NCBI GenBank assembly: GCA_045532065.1
Contig: JAZSFG010000063.1
Coordinates: forward strand, 1-34,075
Direction: 5' to 3'
DNA: 34,075 bases
Source of the DNA: Ruminococcus sp.
Lineage (GTDB): Bacteria; Bacillota; Clostridia; Oscillospirales; Acutalibacteraceae
Shown piece by piece: positions 25,301 to 33,100 of the stretch. The first letter of the stretch is position 1. Each line of letters starts with the position of its first letter. Under the pieces are notes generated by a model. That model was given only the letters and a program-made list of their open reading frames with translations, was not told the origin of the DNA and did no database searches. Position numbers and translations under genes: made by a program.

Positions 25301-25901
25301 CTGTTAAAGCGCTTACTTCGAAAAGAACAGAGCTCTCTTTTGAGAGAGTAATCTTAGCGTTGTCGCCTGCAGGAGTAGCCCATGTCCAGTCGGAAATTGC
25401 GAACTTGTACTCGTGAGTACCTGCAGGAAGAGTCTTAACTAAAGCAAAGTTGTTGTTACCTTTGTTTTCGAGTTTGTTTTCTTCTTTTGCAGGCCACATC
25501 TCGCCGTCGAACGAACCGCGAAGATAAATCGCCTGTGTAGGAGCAGTAACTGTTTCTGCCTTTACTGTGTAAGCGTTAGGGTCCATAGTGAACTTAACTA
25601 AACCGCCTTCAGTAAGAGTCAGCGTTGCGTCCTGACTTGGTACCGACCAGTTCCAACCATCTCTGGCAACCTTGTATTTGTGAGTGCCTGCAGGGAGAGT
25701 AACGGTAATAGAGAATGTGCCGTTACCGTTATCGGCGAGGGCATATTCACTACGCTCTTCCCAGTTGTTAAATGTTCCTCTTAAGTAGTATGTAGAAGCA
25801 GCAGATGCAGAAAGTGGCGCAACCATAACGGTAGCCATCATCAGCATCAGTACTAATACAAGTGAAACTACTTTACAGAGTAATGATTTTGATTTTCTCA
25901 T
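22335..25901 (-). CDS. Secreted modular glycoside hydrolase: 2x X25/CBM48-like, beta-trefoil, (alpha/alpha)6 GH core, CBM6/35-like, dockerin
   Basis: Signal peptide; repeated YLRG.F..W...TLPAGTH.YK; WTRDTAMS, LDWRSQTYPDWM, YHNRGVWP, QLWS core motifs; IKIEAE CBM start; GDVDGSDAVSISDATYIQRHVA / GDVNGDGDVSITDATLVQRFVA dockerin. Confidence 0.82.
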   Translation of the reverse strand: MRKSKSLLCKVVSLVLVLMLMMATVMVAPLSASAASTYYLRGTFNNWEERSEYALADNGNGTFSITVTLPAGTHKYKVARDGWNWSVPSQDATLTLTEGGLVKFTMDPNAYTVKAETVTAPTQAIYLRGSFDGEMWPAKEENKLENKGNNNFALVKTLPAGTHEYKFAISDWTWATPAGDNAKITLSKESSVLFEVSALTGAYNATVLTGDTKNFYTFDKIQQNVSIQSAWSDHADQVLCEKDGKLAYISINAADYASANTTWNFIPTEDDPQVCYIQNAKTGNYLKVTGYDVSPADVFCVADGNKDSYGKWYVDNSTGKYRIFSVGADGFTLNTEKQSGYVQASQLPAYYLSTQFNADLDYVYGYSYTLNPNGIVDTKGTVTVNSPTSITSTTSGTAKTWTQTKKTDDMPIFRAPNTPLAEAVYNLSMEETVINKFQSEFGTAFYTGETWRKVWTRDTAMSCEFSLAAIYPEISLNCAKEKVVHFNGFKVFEEDTGTGGSYPVSTDKIITYLSVWEIYLSTGDESVLEYFYDICLDNIKQDYNTVYDEESGLIKGETCGLDWRSQTYPDWMGNEVEESLANIAEGKAASVNMIYLGVLQRMIETAEILGKDDKAYLQEKYDALYKAVTERLWHDELGAYAAWEYPSYMGAPLAYKIDCIANGYALWFNIGTEEQLKSIAENYPLVTYGANVVYPSKQGDLEHKDRIYHNRGVWPGWEAQLMLAGAEHGYDELSEEIWNSCITAAATSLVNKEVVDFTTGEGIHVNHQLWSIAATLSGYYKVLFGMIYDTDGITFEPYVPEWMEGPFYIDNYTYCDATIDLSLTGKGSEIVSITVNGENVGTSYTLPFGATGDYKIDIVVKESENEYNDEKVNLNDEKNHVISPKMPVAKLSGNKLTWGAQSGCTYKVWTGSEYVDCATNSYTVDPTVYGAYSVVVISRDGVWSEMSRPIIVSPSRIKIEAESCTLTNLSKATVSGKQVVTDTFAANVNRELKINVNIEEAGQYLFFACYNDYSSNDPTSCSNAAIRSVFVDGKDVGALVFPVVNFDFQTSTHLLLNLTEGNHEIVVKYDKANHYDSNMSQDTHTYGSEQYRPDNNVQYDYFVLDKADNICTGSSTQYMVGDVDGSDAVSISDATYIQRHVAKIPGDIDLVAGDVNGDGDVSITDATLVQRFVAKINDGYGIGTYKTK

Positions 25902-25930
25902 ATAGTTTACCTCCGTATATTAGTAGTACT

Positions 25931-25959
25931 ATTATACATAAAACCCCAACAATTTGCAA
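25931..25959 (-). promoter_or_regulatory. sigmaA promoter of the glycoside hydrolase
   Basis: TTGCAA-N17-TATAAT on minus strand. Confidence 0.65.
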
Positions 25960-26087
25960 TATGTTTTTAATACATTACACAACTTTTTTGACAAATCACA
26001 CAAAAAAGCAGTCCCTTTACGAGACGGCAGAAAATCGACGATACAGGTTGTGGTTTCTTAGTATTTAAGACACAATTTGTTGTAAAG

Positions 26088-26118
26088 AAAAAGACGGCTG
26101 CCAATAAGACAGCCGTCT
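26088..26118 (-). terminator. Intrinsic terminator of the NhaC gene
   Basis: Minus strand agacggctg-N9-cagccgtct-tttt. Confidence 0.75.
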
Positions 26119-26140
26119 GCTAATTATCTTTAAGTCAGGA

Positions 26141-27811
26141 TTATTCGTACTTCTTATTCTTTGTAGCAAGCTTGATAACAACAAGTGTGCCGATTGTAAG
26201 AACAACACCGATAGGAAGAACGATGTACCAGCTCTGTACAAAACCAGCAACAATGTAGCATACAAAGGAAATAGCAGCTACTGTGATAGCGTATGGAATC
26301 TGAGTTGATACGTGGTTTAAGTGGTTACACTGAGCGCCTGCTGATGACATGATAGTTGTATCAGAGATAGGTGAGCAGTGGTCACCGCAAACAGCACCTG
26401 CAAGACAAGCTGACATGGAGATAATCATCAGCGGATTTGTAGGGTCTGCAGCGAAGAGGTATGTAACAATAGGGATGAGAATACCGAATGTACCCCATGA
26501 TGTACCTGTTGCGAAAGCAAGTACACATGCTACTAAGAAGATGATAGCAGGTAAGAAGTTCTGGAGTGCAGGAGCAGCGTTTGCCATAAGGTCGCCGACA
26601 AAGTACTTAGCACCGAGTAAGCCTGTCATATTCTTTAAAGCTGTAGCAAATGTGAGGATGAGGATAGCAGGAACCATAGCGATGAAGCCCTTTGGAACTG
26701 CTTCCATAGCCTCTTTGAAATTGATAACTTTTCTGATGAGAAGGTATGCAATAGCAATAACAAGAGCAATGAGACCGCCCCATGGAAGACCTACTGTTGC
26801 GTCTGTGTTAGCAAAAGCATCAACAAATGTAGCGCCGTCTAAGATACCGCCGTTGTAAATAAGAGCGAATACGGAAATTGCGATGAGGACAACAATCGGT
26901 AAGATAAGGTCAATAACCTTACCCTTAGGGTTAGGTGTCTCGTCTTCGCTTTCCTGTTTTTCGCCACTGAAGAGGTCACCGTACTCTTTTGCTCTGTACT
27001 CGTGCATTGCCATCTTACCGTAGTCAAAACCCATGAATGCGATAGCGATAACAAAAACAAAAGTTAAAAGTGAATAGAAGTTGTACGGAATAGCAGAAAT
27101 GAAGAGGTCAAGACCCTTGCCGTCTTCTGCATACGCTGATACAGCAGCAGCCCATGATGAAATAGGAGCAATCATACAGATTGGAGCAGCAGTAGCGTCG
27201 ATTAAGTATGCAAGCTTAGAACGTGAAATCTTGTGAGCGTCTGTAACAGGGCGCATAACCGAGCCTACTGTTAAGCAGTTGAAGTAGTCGTCGATGAAGA
27301 TAAGCACGCCTAAAACGAAAGTAGCAAGCATTGCACCAACGCGTGTTTTGATGTGCTTAGCAGCCCATTTACCGAAGGCAGCAGAGCCACCAGCTTTGTT
27401 AACAAGTGCAACTAAGATACCGAGTTCAACGAGGAATATAAAGATACCTGCTGTGTCAGAAACTGCAGAGATAAGGCCGTCGTTGATGACTGTGTCCATA
27501 GTTGTGAGGAATGAAAACTTAGAGTAAATCAAACCACCTGTAACAATACCGATGAGCAGTGAAGAGTAAACTTCTTTTGTGATGAGTGCAAGACCGATAG
27601 CGATAACCGGTGGAAGAAGAGCCCAGACTGTACCCTGAACAGCGCCTTCGCCTGCACATGTTTCGCACGCAACGTCGTCAACAACGCCGGTAGCGTGACA
27701 GTCCATACAATCAACAGTGCCGAGGTAACCGCCGGAAACTGCTGCGTATACGAGCAGGCCGATTATACAAACACTGGCGATAGCAAGGACAATCTTGTTT
27801 GTCTTTGACAT
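26141..27811 (-). CDS. NhaC-family transporter, probable lysine transporter (LysW-like)
   Basis: WALLPPVIAI, IFIDDYFN, DATAAP..APISSW, FATGTSWGTFGI, GDHCSPISDTTI; under a lysine riboswitch. Confidence 0.88.
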   Translation of the reverse strand: MSKTNKIVLAIASVCIIGLLVYAAVSGGYLGTVDCMDCHATGVVDDVACETCAGEGAVQGTVWALLPPVIAIGLALITKEVYSSLLIGIVTGGLIYSKFSFLTTMDTVINDGLISAVSDTAGIFIFLVELGILVALVNKAGGSAAFGKWAAKHIKTRVGAMLATFVLGVLIFIDDYFNCLTVGSVMRPVTDAHKISRSKLAYLIDATAAPICMIAPISSWAAAVSAYAEDGKGLDLFISAIPYNFYSLLTFVFVIAIAFMGFDYGKMAMHEYRAKEYGDLFSGEKQESEDETPNPKGKVIDLILPIVVLIAISVFALIYNGGILDGATFVDAFANTDATVGLPWGGLIALVIAIAYLLIRKVINFKEAMEAVPKGFIAMVPAILILTFATALKNMTGLLGAKYFVGDLMANAAPALQNFLPAIIFLVACVLAFATGTSWGTFGILIPIVTYLFAADPTNPLMIISMSACLAGAVCGDHCSPISDTTIMSSAGAQCNHLNHVSTQIPYAITVAAISFVCYIVAGFVQSWYIVLPIGVVLTIGTLVVIKLATKNKKYE

Positions 27812-27835
27812 ATTAATGTCCCCCTTAATTTTTAT

Positions 27836-27866
27836 AAAACAAAAACCGCGGCAAAAGTGCCACGGT
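27836..27866 (-). terminator. Lysine riboswitch terminator
   Basis: Minus strand accgtggca-cttt-tgccgcggt-ttttgtttt. Confidence 0.78.
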
Positions 27867-27878
27867 CGTAAATCCTAC

Positions 27879-28045
27879 GAAAAATAGCACTCCACCTTTA
27901 CAGGTGACAGTGTAATACATATTTTGCATTACACCAGCCCTAACACTTTGCGAAAGCGTCAAGACTTCGGCGATGATTCCTTTCACACACGCTCAAAATT
28001 CGCGCACAGCATGTACTACTCTTAAGCACCGCGCCTCTACTTCTT
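27879..28045 (-). ncRNA. Lysine riboswitch (L-box)
   Basis: Minus strand AGAGGCGCG...AAGAGTA...GAAAGG...CGCCGAA...CTGG...AATA...ACTGTC...GGAGTGCTA; promoter TTGACG-N16-TATAAT (with TG extension) at 28058-28085. Confidence 0.92.
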
Positions 28046-28139
28046 GTTTATGTATCGATTATAGCAAAAAACCTCGTTTCGTCAAGTGTTTTGTCGCTTT
28101 TTTACTTAATTGTAACCGAAGATTATGAGATTTTAACGC

Positions 28140-28168
28140 AAAAAAGCCCTGCTTGTTAAAGCAGGGCT
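28140..28168 (-). terminator. Intrinsic terminator
   Basis: agccctgctt-gtta-aagcagggct with A-run on plus (U-run on minus). Confidence 0.8.
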
Positions 28169-28185
28169 GACTTTGTAGGTGGATT

Positions 28186-29106
28186 TTAGTATTTTAGCGA
28201 GCTGTTTCCGATGAATTCGCGCATAAGTGAGTTGTGTGGAACAAAACTCGGGTTAAGCGGCTGCGCTTGTTCAATGACTTTGCACAAAAGAGCAACATCA
28301 TCGGTCTGTGGGAGAGTTCCTAAGGTGTTAAAAAGCAGTGAGCGATAAATGTTTATCTCATATGGGATGGTTGTGTCGATTGAATAGTTGCACCTGCTCA
28401 TAAACGGGCGGATGTACATATCCTCACCATCGTTAACGCTTTTAAACATATTAAGAGTGTCGTGAGGGTCGCGGTCTCTGGTTTCTGTGTCGCGAAGTAT
28501 ACGGCGACCAAGACGGATAGTTTTCGAGCGAAGCTCCTCATTTTCAGCGACAAACTGACTGCGGATGCTGACGTAAAGGCGTGCGCATCTCTCGTCATCA
28601 ATCCTGATTACATCGGGATTGAGTGCATGAGTGCCCTCGAAAATGATGATTTCTCCGTCTTTTCTTTTAAGTGTCCATCCCGAAAACTCGCGTTTACAGG
28701 TAACGAAGTTGTATCGCGGAATGTCGACGCTCTTTTTCTCGAGAATTCCTAAAAGCTGTTTATTTAAGTAGTTGCTGTCAAGACGAGCGGGTGACTCTAA
28801 ATCAAGCAACCCGTCTTTTGAAAGCTTCATTTCTTCGTCGCTTAGCTCACGGAAATAGTTGTCGAGAGATATGGTGTGCGTTTCGTGACCCCACGAATCA
28901 AGAAGCTCTTCAAGTCGCAGTGCGGTTGTAGTTTTACCGCTGCCCGATGGACCTGAAATCAGCACTACAGGAGCAACGTCTGCGTTTTGCGCGATACTTT
29001 TAGCTACATTTTCGATTTGTGTAGCGTACTCTTCTTCACAGAAAGTGACGAATTTCTGTGGATTATTTTTAATCTGGTAATTTATATCATCGATGAAGTA
29101 TTTCAT
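28186..29106 (-). CDS. Uridine/nucleoside kinase family protein (PRK/UK fold)
   Basis: SGPSGSGKTT P-loop, ISLDNYF, PRYNF, FEGTHALN, RRILRD. Confidence 0.85.
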   Translation of the reverse strand: MKYFIDDINYQIKNNPQKFVTFCEEEYATQIENVAKSIAQNADVAPVVLISGPSGSGKTTTALRLEELLDSWGHETHTISLDNYFRELSDEEMKLSKDGLLDLESPARLDSNYLNKQLLGILEKKSVDIPRYNFVTCKREFSGWTLKRKDGEIIIFEGTHALNPDVIRIDDERCARLYVSIRSQFVAENEELRSKTIRLGRRILRDTETRDRDPHDTLNMFKSVNDGEDMYIRPFMSRCNYSIDTTIPYEINIYRSLLFNTLGTLPQTDDVALLCKVIEQAQPLNPSFVPHNSLMREFIGNSSLKY

Positions 29107-29169
29107 AAAAACACCTACCTTTTACAAGAATATTTTATCATACAGTTTAGCAAAAATGTAGCAAAAAAT

Positions 29170-29202
29170 AAAAAACAGCGGTAAAAATTTCACCGCTGTT
29201 TT
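29170..29202 (-). terminator. Intrinsic terminator
   Basis: aaaacagcggt-N9-accgctgtttt. Confidence 0.75.
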
Positions 29203-29208
29203 AGTGTA

Positions 29209-29982
29209 TTATGCTGAAACAACAGAGAGATAGCCTTCCTGTACTCTGAATTTTTCGTTTTGGTTGTCGCCTTTTATGACTACTGCATTTAGTAGTTTGT
29301 GGTCGGTGTCTTTGTCGCGATAAATAACGTAAAAACCCGAAAAAGCACGTGTTATCCTGTCAGCATCCGAAAAACTCGTATTCTCGTCAATAACATAATC
29401 GTACTCATCAGGTGCTTCTTCGTACACACCCTCGCCCTGTGCTTTTGCGTTGTTGTAGTAATATTCAAAATCGCTTATCAGAGAGTTTACCATATTCGGT
29501 AAAAGCGAGTAAATCTTTTCCATATATGTGTAGAGCGTATCACTATCATCTAAAGTAAACTCTTCTTGCATTAGAATTTCACCTGTATCAAAGCTTTCCT
29601 CCATTTTGTGGAAGGTAACACCGCTTTTTTCACACTTGTTCAGTATACACAGTGGCATCGGCCACGCTCCACGACCTAAAGGCAGAAGGGACGGATGAAC
29701 ATTTATCATCTTAAAGCCGTCTAAAATCGGCACGCGGTAGTAGTATGCAGCGCAAAAAAGCGCATCAACACCTTGTTTTTTAAGCTCTTTTAGGTCAGAA
29801 AGCGTGATTTTTTCGTGTGTTATTTCGATGTTGTGAGCTTTTGCAAACTCACTGACGTGAGTATTAAATTCCGTAACGTTGTCGACCGAGTTTGTAAAGA
29901 TTTTTACAATTTCGCACCCGTTATCAAAAAGACTTTCGAGCATTGGATAAAACAAGTCAAACCCTGCATATGCGATTTTCAT
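29209..29982 (-). CDS. Formyltransferase family protein (Fmt-like, short C-terminus)
   Basis: INVHPSLLPLGRGAWP, SGVTFHKM..FDTG formyl-THF motifs; 257 aa. Confidence 0.85.
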   Translation of the reverse strand: MKIAYAGFDLFYPMLESLFDNGCEIVKIFTNSVDNVTEFNTHVSEFAKAHNIEITHEKITLSDLKELKKQGVDALFCAAYYYRVPILDGFKMINVHPSLLPLGRGAWPMPLCILNKCEKSGVTFHKMEESFDTGEILMQEEFTLDDSDTLYTYMEKIYSLLPNMVNSLISDFEYYYNNAKAQGEGVYEEAPDEYDYVIDENTSFSDADRITRAFSGFYVIYRDKDTDHKLLNAVVIKGDNQNEKFRVQEGYLSVVSA

Positions 29983-30048
29983 ACTATCACCTCTTTTTCA
30001 TACTATATCACACTTTGTAAGTATTTATCAATCAAATTCACTTACTTA

Positions 30049-30077
30049 TTGACTTTAGTGCGACTTTGCGATAAAAT
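30049..30077 (+). promoter_or_regulatory. sigmaA promoter of scfA (divergent from the formyltransferase promoter at 30002-30031 -)
   Basis: TTGACT-N17-TAAAAT on plus; TTGATA-N18-TATAGT on minus. Confidence 0.6.
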
Positions 30078-30107
30078 AGCGGTAGACTATTATAGGAGGT
30101 TACTACT

Positions 30108-30260
30108 ATGAAACATATCAAGACTATCAAGACTCGTAATCTTTGCGAAAGCGCAAAGAAGGGCGGCTGCGGCGAGTGCCAGACTTCATGTCAGTCTGCT
30201 TGCAAGACAAGCTGCGGTATTGCTAACCAGAAGTGCGAGAGCAAAAAGGAAAGCAAGTAA
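30108..30260 (+). CDS. scfA: SCIFF (six-cysteine) ranthipeptide precursor, 50 aa
   Basis: Translated by hand: MKHIKTIKTRNLCESAKKGGCGECQTSCQSACKTSCGIANQKCESKKESK; AGGAGG RBS; not in the ORF track. Confidence 0.97.
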   Translation: MKHIKTIKTRNLCESAKKGGCGECQTSCQSACKTSCGIANQKCESKKESK

Positions 30261-30273
30261 TTTTGTTTTAAGG

Positions 30274-30304
30274 AAAATGCCGCTGTTGTACAGCGGCGTT
30301 TTTT
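30274..30304 (+). terminator. Terminator-like hairpin between scfA and scfB
   Basis: aaaatgccgctgt-tgt-acagcggcgtttttt. Confidence 0.7.
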
Positions 30305-30337
30305 ATTGATATACGTTCATAGATTTGGGGAGTAATT

Positions 30338-31717
30338 ATGATTCATCAGTATAAACTTGGTGGCTACAACATCGTGCTCGACGTCTGTTCAGGTGCAGTA
30401 CACGCGGTGGATGATGTAGCGTACGACATCATCGCGATGTTTAAAGATTTTGAAAAAGACGAAATTATCAAAGCGATGGTAGAAAAATACAAAGACCACG
30501 ATGATATAAAGAAAGAAGATATAGAAGAGTGCTACGCTCAGGTGCTCGAGCTGAAAAATAACGGAGAGCTTTTTGTCGAGGATTCTTTCGAGCCTATGGC
30601 AGGTGAGTTGAAGCGTAAGACAGCAGGCGTAGTAAAAGCGCTGTGCTTACACATCGCGCACACTTGTAACTTAAATTGTTCTTACTGCTTTGCGTCTCAG
30701 GGTAAGTATCAGGGTGAGAGAGCTTTGATGAGCTTTGAAGTAGGTAAGCGTGCGCTTGATTTTCTTGTAGAAAATTCAGGTAGCAGACATAATCTCGAGG
30801 TTGACTTTTTCGGTGGTGAGCCGCTGATGAACTTCGATGTCGTAAAACAGCTTGTAGCCTATGCTCGCTCTATCGAAAAGGAAAAAGGAAAAAACTTCCG
30901 TTTTACACTCACTACTAACGGTGTGCTTATCGACGATGATGTAATCGACTTTGCAAACAAAGAGATGTGCAACGTTGTTTTGAGCTTAGACGGTAGAAAA
31001 GAAGTCCACGACAAGTTCAGAGTTGATTACTCAGGCAACGGAAGTTTCGACAAAATCGTACCGAAATTTCAGAAACTCGTAGAAGCTCGTGGCAACAAAG
31101 ACTATTATATGCGTGGTACTTTTACCCACCACAACCCTGACTTCTTAGAAGACATCAAAACGATGCTCGATTTAGGTTTTACTGAGCTTTCTATGGAGCC
31201 GGTTGTGTGTGCGGATACTGATCCGTCAGCACTTACATACGATGATTTACCAATTGTACTCGAGCAGTACGAAAAACTCGCAGAGCTTATGATAAAACGC
31301 AGAAAAGACGGCAAACCGTTTACTTTCTACCACTATATGATTGACCTTCAGGGTGGTCCGTGTATTTACAAGCGTATTTCCGGTTGTGGCTCAGGTACTG
31401 AATATATGGCGGTTACTCCGTGGGGCGACCTTTATCCGTGTCACCAGTTTGTCGGCGACGAGAAGTACCTGCTCGGTAATATTTTTGACGGTGTTACTAA
31501 CACAAAAGTCGTTGACGAGTTTATGGAGTGCAATGTTTACTCACGAGAAGAGTGTAAGGATTGCTGGGCACGACTTTACTGTTCGGGTGGTTGTGCGGCT
31601 AACGCGTACCACGCGACAGGCTCTGTAAAAGGCGTGTATAAATACGGCTGTGAACTGTTTAAAAAGCGTATGGAATGCGCGATTATGGCAGAAGTCGACA
31701 GACTTCTTGAGGATTAA
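30338..31717 (+). CDS. scfB: SCIFF radical SAM/SPASM thioether-forming maturase
   Basis: MIHQYK..GYNIVLD RRE start, CNLNCSYC, DFFGGEP, SPASM Cys motifs GPC..GCGSG..YPCHQF..C..C...CSGGC..C. Confidence 0.97.
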   Translation: MIHQYKLGGYNIVLDVCSGAVHAVDDVAYDIIAMFKDFEKDEIIKAMVEKYKDHDDIKKEDIEECYAQVLELKNNGELFVEDSFEPMAGELKRKTAGVVKALCLHIAHTCNLNCSYCFASQGKYQGERALMSFEVGKRALDFLVENSGSRHNLEVDFFGGEPLMNFDVVKQLVAYARSIEKEKGKNFRFTLTTNGVLIDDDVIDFANKEMCNVVLSLDGRKEVHDKFRVDYSGNGSFDKIVPKFQKLVEARGNKDYYMRGTFTHHNPDFLEDIKTMLDLGFTELSMEPVVCADTDPSALTYDDLPIVLEQYEKLAELMIKRRKDGKPFTFYHYMIDLQGGPCIYKRISGCGSGTEYMAVTPWGDLYPCHQFVGDEKYLLGNIFDGVTNTKVVDEFMECNVYSREECKDCWARLYCSGGCAANAYHATGSVKGVYKYGCELFKKRMECAIMAEVDRLLED

Positions 31718-31718
31718 T

Positions 31719-33056
31719 ATGAACACACCAATCTGTGATTTTGTAGAAAATTATAGTAAAAAGAATATGGTACGTGCGCATATGCCGGGTCACAAAGGCG
31801 AGAGTGTTTTAGGCGTTGAACATCTCGACATAACCGAGATTAAGGGTGCTGACTCGCTTTTTGAGTGTGACGGTATTATAAAAGAGAGCGAAAAAAACGC
31901 GGGTGAAATTTTCTCTTGCGATACCTTTTTTTCGACAGAGGGTTCGTCGCTGTGTATAAGAGCGATGCTTTATCTTGCTCTCCTTTATGCTAAAAAAGAG
32001 GGAAGAGAACCTCTCCTGTTAGCGTCGCGAAATGCTCACAAAACGTTTTTGTCGGCGGTTTCACTTCTTGATTTCGATGTCGAGTGGCTTTACAGCAACA
32101 GTGGGTGTTATCTCTCGTGTGAAATAAGTGATGACGAGCTTGATAAAAAACTCAGCTCGATGAGTAAAAAGCCTGTCGCTTTCTACGTTACAAGTCCTGA
32201 TTATCTCGGCAATATGGCTGATATAAAGGGTATGAGTGAGGTGTGTAAAAAGCACTCGGTTTTACTTCTTGTTGATAACGCTCACGGAGCGTATCTTAAG
32301 TTTTTGAATGAATCAAAACATCCGACGGATTTTGGTGCTACCATGTGCTGTGACTCTGCGCACAAAACCCTGCCTGTTTTAACGGGCGGTGCGTATCTAC
32401 ATATAAGTAAAGATGCAGACGATATTTTTAAGAATAGCGCGAAGAAAGCACTCTCGCTTTTTGCGTCCACATCTCCGTCGTATCTGATTTTACAGTCACT
32501 CGATAAAGCAAACGAGTATCTGTCTAATGGATTTAAAGAGAGCTTGTGCGAGTTTGTTATTAAGATTTTGACACTTAAAGAAACGCTTACAAAAGGCGGC
32601 TACACCTTATGTGGCGATGAAGAGTTAAAACTCACGATAAACGCAAAAAGCTACGGCTATAGGGGCGAGGAGATTGCACAGATTCTGAGGGATAACAACA
32701 TCGAATGTGAGTTTGTTGACCCTGATTTTGTGGTGCTGATGCTTACACCTGCAATGAAAGACTCAGACCTTAAAAAAATCGAGAAAGCACTTTTAGATAT
32801 AGAGAAAAAAAGTGAAATTATCGATAATCCACCTGCGGTCGTAAGACCACAAAAGGTGATGAGTGTCAGAGAAGCGATGCTCTCACTTTCGCAGACAGTA
32901 AGTGTTAATGACAGCGTAGGTAAAATTATTGCAACCCCGAATATTTCCTGTCCTCCTGCTGTGCCGATTATCATAAGCGGAGAGAGAATTGACGAAAAAG
33001 TACTTTCTGTGTTTGAGTATTACTCTATAAGCGAATGTGACGTCGTAATTGAATAA
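31719..33056 (+). CDS. PLP-dependent Orn/Lys/Arg decarboxylase family protein (YaaO-like)
   Basis: HMPGHKG, DITEI.GAD, RNAHK, TSPDY.G, DNAHG, DSAHKTLP (PLP Lys), STSPSY, CPPAVP; ATG 1 nt after scfB stop. Confidence 0.9.
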   Translation: MNTPICDFVENYSKKNMVRAHMPGHKGESVLGVEHLDITEIKGADSLFECDGIIKESEKNAGEIFSCDTFFSTEGSSLCIRAMLYLALLYAKKEGREPLLLASRNAHKTFLSAVSLLDFDVEWLYSNSGCYLSCEISDDELDKKLSSMSKKPVAFYVTSPDYLGNMADIKGMSEVCKKHSVLLLVDNAHGAYLKFLNESKHPTDFGATMCCDSAHKTLPVLTGGAYLHISKDADDIFKNSAKKALSLFASTSPSYLILQSLDKANEYLSNGFKESLCEFVIKILTLKETLTKGGYTLCGDEELKLTINAKSYGYRGEEIAQILRDNNIECEFVDPDFVVLMLTPAMKDSDLKKIEKALLDIEKKSEIIDNPPAVVRPQKVMSVREAMLSLSQTVSVNDSVGKIIATPNISCPPAVPIIISGERIDEKVLSVFEYYSISECDVVIE

Positions 33057-33100
33057 AAATAAAAATCCCCTTGGTACTTTAGTATCAAGGGGTATATTTT
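33057..33100. terminator. Bidirectional intrinsic terminator
   Basis: ccccttggtact-tt-agtatcaagggg with A-run before and T-rich tract after. Confidence 0.8.

Noticed and set aside
31650-31718. Longer start of the decarboxylase overlapping scfB
   Set aside because: Family-like N-terminus begins at MNTPI (31719)
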